64,000 nucleotides of DNA from the NCBI GenBank assembly GCA_030295235.1, contig AP026134.1, positions 1 to 64,000 of the forward strand, read 5' to 3'. The DNA is from Fistulifera solaris (lineage: Eukaryota). Below the pieces are notes generated by a model. The model saw nothing but the letters and a program-made list of their open reading frames with translations, was not told the origin of the DNA and did not search any database. Numbering within the stretch: the first letter of the stretch is position 1; every line of letters starts with the position of its first letter. This document shows positions 23,326 to 35,586 of the stretch, piece by piece. A program made the translations under genes and the position numbers.

Positions 23326-24828
23326 AATGTCATATAAGTAGCTAACACGTACCAGTAGAACACCCATCAAAGTTGATTTGCTTCGTATATGTTAACGCAA
23401 TAGCAACAGCGTACGAGTATGGGTGTTTTGAAAATTATGTAAACCTGTTTACGAATCAGTCGCTTCACGCAAAGAGCTCTTGAAGAGAACTGTGTTAACC
23501 TGTATTCAACCGCTGGCAACCAAAAATACCCTGATTATCAAGAGAAAAAGCTTCTCCTTCGAATACATCGACCAGCCGCATGCTATAAAATTGGATCGAT
23601 CCTGGGACTGAATGAGTCCGTGACTCGCGCTCGTACGACGTACGACATCCAATTGTCGTGTCGGCAAAGGGCATCTCGTCGACAAATAAATACTGGTATT
23701 TTAGACCATGATTTTACTGAACTCTCATTTACTTCTTTATAGGATCATTATTTCTTCACCTTTGACCTTTACGTTTGCGATGATTCGACTGCTTTTATCA
23801 ATGGACGAAAGGGATGTCTTCGTCATCGTCGAGATAAAGCCGAATCAAAATCATCTTCGCGCTCAGTTCAGTTTTCGACCGTAGAAGTGCATTCACACGA
23901 AATGATATTAGGTGATAATCCCAGCGTTCTCATGGGACCACCTTTGACGATTTGCTGGTACGGATCGTGTCACGAAACTTTTAGTTTGGAAGAGTTCGAA
24001 CGGAGTCGCGGACCGCCGAAGAGAAGAAATGAGATGATATGGAACCGCGAAAAACGAGAAAACATTCTCATTCACTCGGGCTACAGTCGGCGAGAGATCG
24101 ATAAAGCGGCCGAAGCTGTCTATAAAGCAAATCAACAACGAATGGAAAGTACAAAAGATTATAAGAAGAAAAGATCCGCTTTTCGAAAGTTCTTGGACGT
24201 TTTTAAAAAAGCCGGGAGAGCCAAAGAGAGTGGACCCGATGCAAGTGAAACGAAGCTTATGAGACCACAGTTAACTTTTTCTTCTTGTTTTCTCCGTGAT
24301 GTTATAAACCAATATCACCAGGCGCAAGCACGAACCATTTTTCCACTACAAACGGACGCGCTGTGTTGCTTTTGAAATGTCATATAAGTAGCTAACACGT
24401 ACCAGTAGAACACCCATCAAAGTTGATTTGCTTCGTATATGTTAACGCAATAGCAACAGCGTACGAGTATGGGTGTTTTGAAAATTATGTAAACCTGTTT
24501 ACGAATCAGTCGCTTCACGCAAAGAGCTCTTGAAGAGAACTGTGTTAACCTGTATTCAACCGCTGGCAACCAAAAATACCCTGATTATCAAGAGAAAAAG
24601 CTTCTCCTTCGAATACATCGACCAGCCGCATGCTATAAAATTGGATCGATCCTGGGACTGAATGAGTCCGTGACTCGCGCTCGTACGACGTACGACATCC
24701 AATTGTCGTGTCGGCAAAGGGCATCTCGTCGACAAATAAATACTGGTATTTTAGACCATGATTTTACTGAACTCTCATTTACTTCTTTATAGGATCATTA
24801 TTTCTTCACCTTTGACCTTTACGTTTGC
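22728..24828. repeat. Direct tandem duplication, period 1050 bp, 2 copies
   Basis: 22728-23778 is repeated at 23778-24828. No differences seen by eye. Confidence 0.97.
23779..24375 (+). pseudogene. 5'-truncated duplicate of the 22570-23325 gene
   Basis: The second repeat copy begins inside the CDS (DDSTAFING...) and lacks the start and first about 53 codons. Confidence 0.75.
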
Positions 24829-24885
24829 ATTGAATAATTAAATTTCGGTTCCTGTATTTACCTTCTCGAGACAGATTAGCAACAG

Positions 24886-27120
24886 ATGAGTGAGAAGAAA
24901 GGAATCAAAGAAGAGAATCAGATGAACAATTCCTTAGATCCGAAAAAGCGATCACGTTCCTTGCGCGAGGCCTTTGAAGAAGAACGCGATGAAATTCTGG
25001 GACAACTTCCGGATACCTACAAGAGTATGTTTGGGAAAATCGGCTTTGCCAAGTGGTCAACTATGACTTTACCGGTCTTGATTTTGAATCCGTATCATGT
25101 TCCTCCGTATCCAGTGCGAGAAAAATGGTTTCAACACTTGGAGAATGTAAGTCTCCCTTGCTTTGATTCGAATGTAAAACGTACTGACTTCCTCTGACTT
25201 TCTTTCTCGGTTATGATCGATCTGACGAATTACATTAGTGTCAAAAAATCGGAAATATGGAACGACTGCCTTATTTGGTATACTGGTACGGAACTTTGCA
25301 AATGGAAGAAGCGTATTCTTTCTTGGCGCCCAAATTTGTCTCTCTTTACGAAAACGCCCTCAAGCGAAAGACGCATCAAATACCAGCGGCGATTGTTAAG
25401 AAGCAAAACGACCCCAACAAGGTGTTGAGCGACAATGATTGGAATATCGTTCGTGGCTACGCCGAAATGGAAGAAGATCTTCCCTTGGAGCCTGCGGATC
25501 GAAAGCGAGGTGTAATTGAATTTCAAGAAGCTTATGAGCTGGAATTATTGCACGAAGAAAATGCTGATGTCGAGGCAGCAGAGGATGATGTCGAAAATGA
25601 AGCAAAACCGAAAAAGAAACGAAAACAGTTGAAGCAACAGGAAGCACAAAGTGACGAGGAAGACGGAGATTCGGTCAACCAGCCAAGAAAGAAGAAAAAA
25701 GAAGACAAAGCAGGCACATACAAATGAAGGAAAAGTTGCCGATAGTTCCAAGAAGAATTCGAAACCGAAAAGTTTACCGAAGAAAGTGGAGAGCCACGTA
25801 AAAGAAGTGCGCGACAATGAATTCGATTTGGATGAAGATGAGGACGAGGACGAGGACGAGGACGAGGACTCCATGAGTCAGACACTTGACCCTGTTGAAG
25901 AGTACGAACAAGCTATAGCAGCCGACAAATCAGCTGTATCGGACGATGAAAGGGATGATAATTACGATCCCCCGTCGGAAGTCGAAGAGAAAGAGCCTGA
26001 TTACGAAGAAATGAAATTGTCAAAGAAGGGAAAGGCTAAAGGAGTAAAGGGGGATGGCAAGTCTGTCAAAGTTGAAAAGAAAAAGAAAGAGCCCACGCGG
26101 ACGAAAGTGCTCTCCGAGGAAGATCTGAAGAAGCGCGAGCTTAAAGCGTTTCGCCAGTGCGAGGAACGATTCTGTCCATTGCTCGAGCATTGGCAAAAAT
26201 GCTGCTAGCATCTGAAGATCCTGATGGTCTTCAGAAAATTCTGAACAAACTTCTTCCAATCGTAGGTGAGTTTTCCGCCATTTTCATTGAGGCCTTTGAT
26301 ATTTCAAATCTTTTGAAGGAAACCAGAAACGTCCTCAAAGCCAAGAACGCCAATTTGGAGAAATGTTCAGAAGTGAAGGAAGCGTTTCGGAAATCGTATT
26401 CATCTAAGAGGCCGCAACTTCCCAGCAATCTCAAGATAAGGAAAAATGTCGAAATTGGAAAGAGCGTGTCGTTACCTCCTGTAAAAGCGCAGAGAAAAGT
26501 TGAACTCAACGAGCCTCAACCTGCCTTAGCAAAGGAAGAAATGGCATCTCTTTTAAAGTCAGATGTGAAAAAAAGCAATCCAGCTGCACCACTCAAGGAA
26601 TCGTCATTGGAAGCCCGGTCGCAGTCGCCAAAGCCTGCTCCCACGAAAAAGAAATTTAGTTTGACGAATTTAATGGCAAAGACGAGGATCGATCATGAAG
26701 CTGATGACACGAAAGACAATATAAGCACTCCGGCAAATTCCAAGAAAAACCTAGTCCTGCCTACCTGGATGACGGAAGAAAATCATGAGACTTCTAATTT
26801 GGAAGACCCCCGTGCGTTAGCCTTAGAGTTTCTTTTAGACATGGCAACCTTCTTTCCTTCGTCGAAAGTGAACAAGCAAAGTATAGCACGTGGAGTAGAG
26901 GCTGCCATATACAAGGACGCGACCAAAAAATCATCTGATTGGGTGGCTGTTTACTGGAAGAAAGTTCATTTGCTCGTAGCAGGCATATGCGGCAAGTTGC
27001 AACCAACGAGGCTTTACAATGTGGTGATGACTGGTCGGTTTGGAACTGCAGAACAATTGGTCGCTCTACCGGACAAAAAAACTCATCGAGGCCTTCGAAG
27101 GTAATTTCATAGATCTCTAG
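24886..27120 (+). CDS. Nuclear protein with PWWP-like N-terminus, acidic/Lys-rich middle and TFIIS-central-domain-like C-terminus (intron 25147-25238; frameshifts near 25715, 26197, 27075)
   Basis: IGFAKW..LPVLILNPYHVP...YLVYWYG...AYSF resembles the PWWP/Tudor fold. IARGVEAAIYK...YWKKV...VMTGRF..AEQLVAL resembles TFIIS-M. The GT-AG splice keeps the frame. Confidence 0.75.
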
Positions 27121-27229
27121 CTAGATAGAGGATACAACGATGTTCAGTAAATGCTTTGGAAAATCTAAAATCATGAAATAGCAGGTGACTACGACGATGA
27201 ATGCCTAATTTGGTACGGGAGCTGTCATT

Positions 27230-27650
27230 TTAGTGGAATGCATGAAAACACTCAAGCACTAGTCCTTCTTCTCCGAGTTTGCCTTCGTCCTCTTGAGCGC
27301 AAGCTGCGTTGTGAGGGCGGTCGCAATTTTCGAGCGAATCTTGGACTTTTCTCAGAAGCGGCATCATCAGCTCCGCTGCTTTGAGACTGCTCAGCATTGC
27401 TGCCCTCATGGTCGATGGCGTCAGATCTAACTTTTCGATTCCCGTGGTAATACGCCCTACCAAAAAGGAGCCCAAATCCAAGGTCGTCTTCAGATTCATC
27501 CAGAAAGGAGATGGAGTTCATGATAGATGATAGCAATAGCAAACACAAAGTTTCGAGAAATAATGAATTTGATGGCCTACAGCGAGATAGCGCAACAGTT
27601 TCGATATCGCATAGTGTGCATGACATAGAATACGAAAGAACGCCGGTCAT
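27230..27650 (-). CDS. Possible small hypothetical protein (frameshifted)
   Basis: Overlapping ORFs 27252-27650 and 27230-27499 could join near the T-run at about 27465. No recognised motif. Confidence 0.3.
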
Positions 27651-28917
27651 TTCGTTTCACGTAGTTCTGGCTTCTCTTGTTCTCTTGGCACTTGGCAATC
27701 ATTGCTTTACGTCGAATCGAGACAGATTCTACAATACTCTTGACCCCTTTACCCTTTACCCAAAGAGGTCATTTTCGTCAGCAGAAAGCATTGACCAGTG
27801 ACCATGACGCTTCAACTACTTTTGAATTGTCAATTGCCCATATGCCGAACGCTTATTGTGAAGGCCTTAGGACTACTGAATAGAAAGTACTAATGGAAGT
27901 TGAGACAAAAATTGCACATTGCACACACAATCGATATGCGCTATTAGCTCTCTGCTGTTTTTATTCTCCATCCCAGTTTCATCCTTCATCCTTCATCGCT
28001 CATCACTCATCATCCATCATCATCATCACTCATCATCCATCATTCATACCCTGTACAGCTAGATCCTAGATCCATAGGGCATAGGACCTTAAACGCAAAT
28101 CGCAAATAATGGTCACTAGAATAATACCAGTACCTTTGACGTTGGTCGTTGATAGCCACCATTCGGTCATTAATATTGAATCATGACTTTGTCGATTGTC
28201 AAATTAGTTCCCAGTTCCCACTTTCCAGATTTCCGAGACGGATCGTTTGGTGAAGCGGTGAAGCACGAATGCGGCGTCGCACTGACGTCTACTGGTATGC
28301 ATTCTATTTCTTGGAAAATCCCTACCCGAAGAAGTCACTCAGACCAGCATGCGACTCGTATTTGTGCTCGGTGACGCATTGTCAGCTATCTGTCTTTGAC
28401 CAGCTCGCTTTTGTGACGCTCTCTTCTTCATCGAGACGTCAGTATCCTCCCGTAATGACTGTTCAAGTTTTTCGTTTCCATTCTGTTTATATTCTTGGTG
28501 CTCTGACGCGAAACTTCGCCTCGAGTTGATTGATTGCGAGATCGGAAAAAGAAACTAAACCGATGACAAATGAGAAACATAGTTTCTCCGAAGCCCTCTC
28601 GAAAGAGGAGAACATACAGTAGCATAAAAGTCACAAGTCATTTGTCTAAAGTCATTGGTGTAACTCTAACAGTGAATTACAATTTACAATAATTACAGAG
28701 AAGAGACGGACTACGGACAAATAATGAGGCCGGAAACATATTACTATTCATGAAAATGTAGCATGAAATACTGAGGCCGAAAGGAGAAAGGAACCCAAAA
28801 CGCGATCGAGATACCGTAGTGAATGCCGACGATACGAATGCCTGCTCTCCTTCTTGCTTGTTCGGAACAGTAAACCCAGCCTCCAAGGGTATTGAAGCCC
28901 TGCACTGTCGGGAATGA

Positions 28918-30909
28918 ATGATGTTTGCGCTGCAAAGGATCGGACAAGCAAAAGAAAACAAATTGGACCATCATTTCGGCAGTGAAGAGTTTGGCGGCTC
29001 GGACAGCGCTTTCTGGGATGATTCGAATCGACACGGTCGATTACGTCGATCAACCAGCTTTGAATCGATTTTAGAGGCTACAAAACACATGGATCATGAA
29101 CCTGCAGTTACAAAAGTAGTTTGTTCCATGAGAAACTTGATGCTGCAAACCAAGAGTAACCCGTCATCGATCAGCAATAAACAGTCATTTGGTGTTGCTC
29201 ATCCTCGACAAGAACAACCAGTGCAACCCAAAGGGTCAGTGATTGTTGGGTCCAAGAGTCACACGCTGTTGCAGAGCAAGAATACTTTTGCCACAACAAG
29301 CAACAAATCATTCAATGCTCTGGATCAGTTATCTCATGCTCGAAAAGCGACTTCCTACAAAATCGATAACAGCGGCGAATTTAAATACCCTACTCCCAAG
29401 AAGACCGAAAATAATATGCTCCTTAATTTAATTGATAAGAAACACGAAAAGCGGGTATCGATGGAGAAAGAGAATGGGTTGCTCAATAGTTCGTCACAGG
29501 AACACAAGGAATCGGACGAGGTGGCCGGACACAATCACGTCCAACAGAACTCGAATGAGGAAAGGAGACCAACGACGTATCTTCTGCGACAGCAGAGTGA
29601 CTCATCGTTATTCTTTGGCTCTAGAAAGGCCGCCGTCCAAGTCGAGGCTAAACCAGATCACCGTGTCTACCTGCAATTGAACAACAGCGAGCATTCGTTG
29701 CATCAACGAAGATCTCGTCGCAGATTTGGAGTTCAGAAGAGTGACTGGATCAAAGGGGACAAGGTGATACCAACCAGTTTGGCCGTCAAACGTGCCGGTA
29801 GTGATCCTACGCTAGAAAAAAGATCTCGACGTACGACGACGACTCGTAAAAGCGGCGATACTCTTCACCATCTCGGGCACCGAATTCTTCATCAAAAATC
29901 TTGGCAGTTGTTGTCGAGCAATACAGCAACTACCAACATTGATCGCGGCGTTCACACTCGGGGTCGACGAATCGTAATTGGACTTTCCAAGGGAGAAGAC
30001 GATGATGACATGCACAATGTTGCCACAGAACAACCAAAACGGAAAAGGAGGCCTAGAATGGACATGGCGGAAAGAGGCAATTCGAGTTCTAGAAGTTCTC
30101 TCAATTTTGATGGTGACAACCATAGCGGTTGTGACGACAGGGGGGATCGAAAGACCTCGAATGATGCATCCTTTACATTATTGGAAACAACTTCCATTGA
30201 GGACAAACTCCAAACGAGTGATCATTCAATAGACATCCTTGAAGAGACTTCTCATAATATATTGAATGAAACACGTCATCGAAGTTCCACACACAAACCT
30301 CGAACCGAGAAGGAAACAACGGGTACTCGGCACGGCATGCGAAAGGCTTCCAGCGACAAAGAAGCAAGAATGCGCAAACCTGGCACCAAAAGCCATCCAG
30401 AGTCAGTGGATACCCTCGCTTCTTCTCGCCGGGATAAGCTTGAGTCACTAAAGCACAAACTTAGAGTACGAAAGGATGAACAGATATTGAGTGCGTTCGA
30501 GCTTCGTGGTCACGCAAGTTGTAACTTTGAAACAAATCCTGCGGGCTGTCATGGCCATGATCGTAATCACTTCAGCTTTCACTTTGGTGACGACTTCAAT
30601 TTTAGTCTGTCGGAGAAGCAGGATGAAGTGTTTCATAGCAATGAAAAAGCAGATGGAAACAACAAGAAGTCATCCACTCTCGCTGGTGAAACCGCTTCGC
30701 TCATCAAGCAGATAAACACTTTGGATTTCCCCATTCCCGTCCCAACTGACGGAGAAGATGGCCAGCTAGGAAATAGGAAAAGCAATTCGAATCGTACAGT
30801 ATCGAGCAAGACACCGAAACGATCCAGACGAACGTTTTCATCGTTGGTGCGGCCATCTTCGAAGAAAAAGCTTGTCGAGGGCATCTACGAAAAAGACGGA
30901 ACCAAATGA
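28918..30909 (+). CDS. Large low-complexity, likely disordered hypothetical protein
   Basis: 663-aa open frame rich in S/R/K/H. There may be upstream exon(s) from about 28570. Confidence 0.75.
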   Translation: MMFALQRIGQAKENKLDHHFGSEEFGGSDSAFWDDSNRHGRLRRSTSFESILEATKHMDHEPAVTKVVCSMRNLMLQTKSNPSSISNKQSFGVAHPRQEQPVQPKGSVIVGSKSHTLLQSKNTFATTSNKSFNALDQLSHARKATSYKIDNSGEFKYPTPKKTENNMLLNLIDKKHEKRVSMEKENGLLNSSSQEHKESDEVAGHNHVQQNSNEERRPTTYLLRQQSDSSLFFGSRKAAVQVEAKPDHRVYLQLNNSEHSLHQRRSRRRFGVQKSDWIKGDKVIPTSLAVKRAGSDPTLEKRSRRTTTTRKSGDTLHHLGHRILHQKSWQLLSSNTATTNIDRGVHTRGRRIVIGLSKGEDDDDMHNVATEQPKRKRRPRMDMAERGNSSSRSSLNFDGDNHSGCDDRGDRKTSNDASFTLLETTSIEDKLQTSDHSIDILEETSHNILNETRHRSSTHKPRTEKETTGTRHGMRKASSDKEARMRKPGTKSHPESVDTLASSRRDKLESLKHKLRVRKDEQILSAFELRGHASCNFETNPAGCHGHDRNHFSFHFGDDFNFSLSEKQDEVFHSNEKADGNNKKSSTLAGETASLIKQINTLDFPIPVPTDGEDGQLGNRKSNSNRTVSSKTPKRSRRTFSSLVRPSSKKKLVEGIYEKDGTK

Positions 30910-31258
30910 CTCGCTTAGTTCTCTCTCCTTGGGTCTGTCGTCCAGAAGCCTTGACGATTCATTTTGACCCTTTCTATTGTTTTTTCCTTGAATGCGAAAG
31001 AAGTAAAAAAAGTGAAGCTCGTTTTTTTATCAATAACGCAAGGGTGAGGGGTGAGGGAGGGCGGGCGCGCGTAGACCGCGATAATCGGTCACTTCCGTTG
31101 AGTACCGGTCTGATAAGTATAGAACACAAAAAAATCGGGTCTCGTGCCAAAAACGCGCATCGCAAAAACGAAAAACGAACTTGCCTGATGCAAACTCATT
31201 GTCTTTCCATGATAACATCACTACAACATAGTCATTTCATTGCAACACAACAAACAAT

Positions 31259-32457
31259 ATGCCTTTTATTTATACCTGCTGTCAGGGAGAGCTATTTCTT
31301 CATCTTCCGGGGCTAGGCTTGACGCATGTACCGACGGACTATCGGGAACTTTTACAGGGTTTGTCGATCATGTTACCGGCTTATGTTGCGGGTTGGGCCG
31401 TTCTGTCGTGGTTGTGCTGGATGTTGTTATGCCGCATCATTCCCTCCTCATCAAAAAGATCCCGTAAAGCAGACGTCATTTTATATTCACAGCAGTTTGC
31501 CCCTCTGGAGTATGCTATTGGCCTACGGGTGTTTGTCGCAACTGTTGTTGCCGGGAGAAGTCGGCCGACGAATCTGCCGGATCGCCTTACCACCTTCGCA
31601 AAATCGGTATTACCGCTACAAAGAAGCCAAGACGCGGTTGAAAGAGTGGGAAAACAATCCGCTGTCGAGTCCACTGGGGAATGTGACAGCCTCGAAGGGA
31701 CCGGAAGGTTCCTTGGATGTCTTCTTTCGCCGGAACGAGCCAACGAAATTTATGAGCGCGTCCTGGCCTTGAAAGAAACACACTGGGTCTATTCGGCGCC
31801 GCTTGGTCGTGGTTCGGGTTTGTTCTTATTGGGTCGGAAATACGATGGCGCCAAACAAGCAGGGCACTATTTAAGTTTCGAGCAACAAACGGATTTGGGT
31901 CAAGAAATGTGGCAGTATTTTGGAGATGTCATGGAAGAACTGCGACAAGGAACCGAACGGTTGGTGAAAAAGGAAGCCCGATTGTATCGCGAAAGTTGGC
32001 CGCCGACGTTCATCTTGCACGCTGGATCGGCTCTCTCTGTGCATCAAGACATTATGAATGTGCATGTGGACGCTATTTTGATGAAGGAATTTCAAGACAA
32101 ACACCGTCACGACACGAACTTGACCTGTCAGTGGGATCACCAATTGACGTTATTGGTAGCGTTGCATTTGCCACCCCATGGGGCCCATTTCCAGTACTAT
32201 GATTCGAATGGTAAACGGTACCGAGTCCCCCATGTGTTGGGCAAAGGGTTGGTATGCGAATGTCAGCGCCCCCACAATCTAGGACCCTTTCATCCACTTG
32301 ATGCGGATTCCGATGAATTGCGCGTCGTATTGCACGCCTTTTAGTGCCCTGTCGTGGTGACGATACCGACAGCGATGTGCATTATCATGTGATCGGTCCA
32401 CTCGGATTTGGAACGCCGTATTCGACATTTGAAACGACGTTGGAAATAGCTGATTAG
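31259..32457 (+). CDS. Membrane-anchored 2OG-Fe(II) oxygenase-like protein
   Basis: N-terminal TM (YVAGWAVLSWLCWMLL), HxD (NVHVD), LTLLVAL strand, distal His (RPHN) and Arg (LRVVL). One extra T near 32340 extends the ORF from 32344 to TAG 32457. Confidence 0.6.
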
Positions 32458-33169
32458 ATAATCTTGTACTTGAACTGATCAAAACTTAGAAAGGGAAATC
32501 TAGTAAGAAATCAAATAGGCTAGACCGGCAGTACTGTGGACCTAACGTGATTGTGCTCATCTCTCATGTGGTGTGTGTATTTGCCTTTAATGATTTCATG
32601 AAATAATCTTTCATGGCTCTTTGATCATGGCATGTTTTTCCAAGATGTTGTTTAATCTTCAGTTACTGCAAAGCTAGATAAGTCAAATCTTCGCGTGTAA
32701 ACCTAGAACCCCCAGACGCGTTTTCGGTTTTCCGAGAGCCTTCATTCTTCATTCCTGACTCCTGACTAAATCTGGATTGGTGTTCCGGTGTTCCGTCTCT
32801 CTAGTGTCGCCTGAACAGCAGCTTGGTGTTTTGTCCAAAGTACACTTTTGTATTGTGGTTTTCGCGGTTCTTCGATGACAATAGGGAATAGAGAACCCCA
32901 TGAACTTTACTGAATGTATCGGCGCGAATTCGAGGGAACGTTGCAGGCATTCACAGATTTCCCGAGACCTTCTCTGTGCAGTTTTGCCTGCCGCAAGGTG
33001 CTTCCGCGCAGACAGAGCATCCCAACAACCAACAACAGCGTCCGTTTATGCCTCATCACTCATCACTCATCAATGTAATGCATATCATCGACGCTTTATT
33101 CGCTCATTTTTTTCTTCTTTCATTTACTTCCTTTTCTCACTTAGCTGACCTATAATAAGAATTATAATA

Positions 33170-33940
33170 ATGGGCATTCGTCCTTCAAAAGAGACGCTGA
33201 TATCGCGAGAAATCGATTCGCACAATCGAAAACGAGCTGTGACGCGAACACCGGTTTTACTGTGTTTGGGAGAACCCTTACCGCCCGTTTGTTCATCCTT
33301 GGCGTGTGATTTTGTGTATATAAAGCAACAAAGATCTCAGAAATGGCTACAATTATTGGCGACCGCCGAAGATACGACCCAAGCAATTGTATTTACAGTC
33401 CCATTAATCTGGTACGAAGAAAGCATCAAAGACAGTGACTCCTTTACTAGAGGCAACAAATTACAGCAAGCCATGGAATACTTTCGTGTCATTCGGAAAC
33501 ATTTACGAAATCGTTCCATCATTGTCATATTAACGCATCGACCGGAATTTGCGGCCCGGATTCGTGGTGGAGAAGTCGATCTGGTGGATCAGTTTCCTCA
33601 TTACCAAGGCCCGCCGGAAGATCCGGCAGCGGCCTTGCATTTTGTGCGCAATGAATTCAAGCGACTGTTTTATGAGTCCAGCAAAGCGTCGTGGGCCAAC
33701 TTGTTTCTATTGTATGATGATGGTTGCAAACAATTGCGGAGTACCTTTCTCGCACAAGCGGTGGATGCGATTCGAAAAACGGATTCCTTTGCGCACATTG
33801 AAGACATGTTGACGCCTTGTCACGGAGTCAAGGTATCATCCACTGTGAAACCGGCAAACAGTATGAAACGTCGGGAAGAGACTCAGACCGTTCGACTTTC
33901 CAGTCACGAAAGTTCTTCGGAATTGACGGATCGGATCTAG
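33170..33940 (+). CDS. Divergent heterotrimeric G-protein alpha-like protein lacking the helical domain
   Basis: MG start, SREID...VLLCLGE, QRSQKW, AIVFTV, NKLQQAMEYF, SIIVILT, FPHYQG and AALHFVRNEF occur in the same order as the equivalent Galpha elements. Confidence 0.75.
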   Translation: MGIRPSKETLISREIDSHNRKRAVTRTPVLLCLGEPLPPVCSSLACDFVYIKQQRSQKWLQLLATAEDTTQAIVFTVPLIWYEESIKDSDSFTRGNKLQQAMEYFRVIRKHLRNRSIIVILTHRPEFAARIRGGEVDLVDQFPHYQGPPEDPAAALHFVRNEFKRLFYESSKASWANLFLLYDDGCKQLRSTFLAQAVDAIRKTDSFAHIEDMLTPCHGVKVSSTVKPANSMKRREETQTVRLSSHESSSELTDRI

Positions 33941-34095
33941 TGCTGACACAATGTCAGTTTGTTGACTGGTTTTTGTATGTTAGAATAGTCTATACATTTT
34001 TGAATTTTATTTTGATTTTTCTAGACGAGTCAATTCAAGTAAAAGTTAGTTTTGGGTGTAGATTTCTTAAATTACTCAGGCTTTTCTACAGGCAG

Positions 34096-35586
34096 TTAAC
34101 CAAAGATTTTACTCAAGGCCGCACGGAATCCATTCGCCTGGGCTTTCTTTTGTTCATCGACATTGGGCAACAGTAGTGACTTGGCATCGCCCGAAGGTCG
34201 GAAGCCGGCCGGAAAGAGTTCCGACTGCGACAACAATTCACATTGCGTCGGACTACTGCAGTATACTTGTTCGACAATTTCACGGAAGGAGACCCAACGA
34301 TTCTCGGCCGCCGATTTGTCGGCGGCAATGGCCATGATCAAAGCGACCAAACCATCTTCGCCCGTGCATGGGACGGGTGTGTCATTCACCAAAGATTCGC
34401 AAAAAGCAATGGTTTCTGTCACATAAGCTTCGTTGTATCGACTGAGGAAGAAATCAAACGGCATGTCGGCATTACCCGTAAAGTCGGGTTTGAAGATTTT
34501 GGCCGTGTTGGGGTACACATTGTCGGTTTGAATCATGCCCTTGGTTCCCAAAACTGTTGAAACGAAAAACGATGAACCGAAAACGTGAGACGACGGTCCG
34601 GTTTCGATATTCGATTGTCATTTTTCAACACTTTAACTTGACTCACCTTCCGCACGCTGATCGTACCCAAACGAAGATTGACGGCACACATCAATCATCG
34701 CTTGGACACCATTCGGATAACGCACCAAACATGACGCCGTATCGTACTTTTCACTGCCGGGCAAATCATTGATACTCTTGTCAATGTGACACGATCCAAT
34801 GGCCAAAATATCAATCGGGTCACTGCCCGCCAAGAATCGACTCATATCCAAGTCGTGCACGGCCATGTCAGCAAAGATTCCTCCACCGCCCTTGACGTAC
34901 GAATACGGCGGCGGCGACGGATCGCGCGAACACAATTTGATCATGATGGGTTCTCCGACTTCCGATTTTCGAATCGCCTGTTCGACCCGACGAAAGTTTT
35001 GATCGAAACGACGTTGTAAGCCAATCATGAGTTTGACGCCGGCTTCGTTGCACGCATTGATGGCTTCGACTGTCTCGTCGAGTTCGGTGGCAATGGGTTT
35101 TTCGCAAAAGACGTGTTTTTTGTTGGCCGCACAAGCTTTGATTTGTTCGGCGTGATATTGGGACGGAGAACAAATCCAGACAGCGTCGACCTGGGGGTCC
35201 GTAATGACGTCCATGGCGTTGTCCGTAAAACGAGGGACATTGTATTGCTTGGCGGCTGTGAGAAAAAAGTTGAGTGAGTGAATATAAGTCAAGGAAACGA
35301 GTCGATTCCTTCTTTCTTATACGTCTTTTTTCACACACGCACCTGCTTCAGCTTTGGATACGGTCGGATTGGAAACGATGACAGGACGAACACCAGGAGC
35401 TTTCGTAATGGCTTCCAGATGGACTAATCCGATACGTCCCATTCCGATGACACCGACACGGATATCTTGTTTTGTATCATTTTCTTTCGTGGTCATGAAC
35501 AAAGTTGTGGAAGACGATGCCGTGCGCATCGGCTGAAAGGCCTGCACCGCAGTCAACAAGACGAGTAGTAAGGACGATTTCAACAT
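34096..35586 (-). CDS. iolG: myo-inositol 2-dehydrogenase (Gfo/Idh/MocA family) with plastid presequence; introns 35256-35342 and 34554-34646
   Basis: GVIGMGRIG, KHVFCEKP, QRRFD, SRDPSPPP, GGIFADMAVHDLD, GYDQRAEVLG and FFLSRY. N-terminus MLKSSLLLVLLTAVQAF. Confidence 0.92.

Noticed and set aside
27975..28050. TCATC/TCAC-rich simple repeats (similar tract at 5750-5780)
   Set aside because: Low-complexity microsatellite-like sequence with no further structure.
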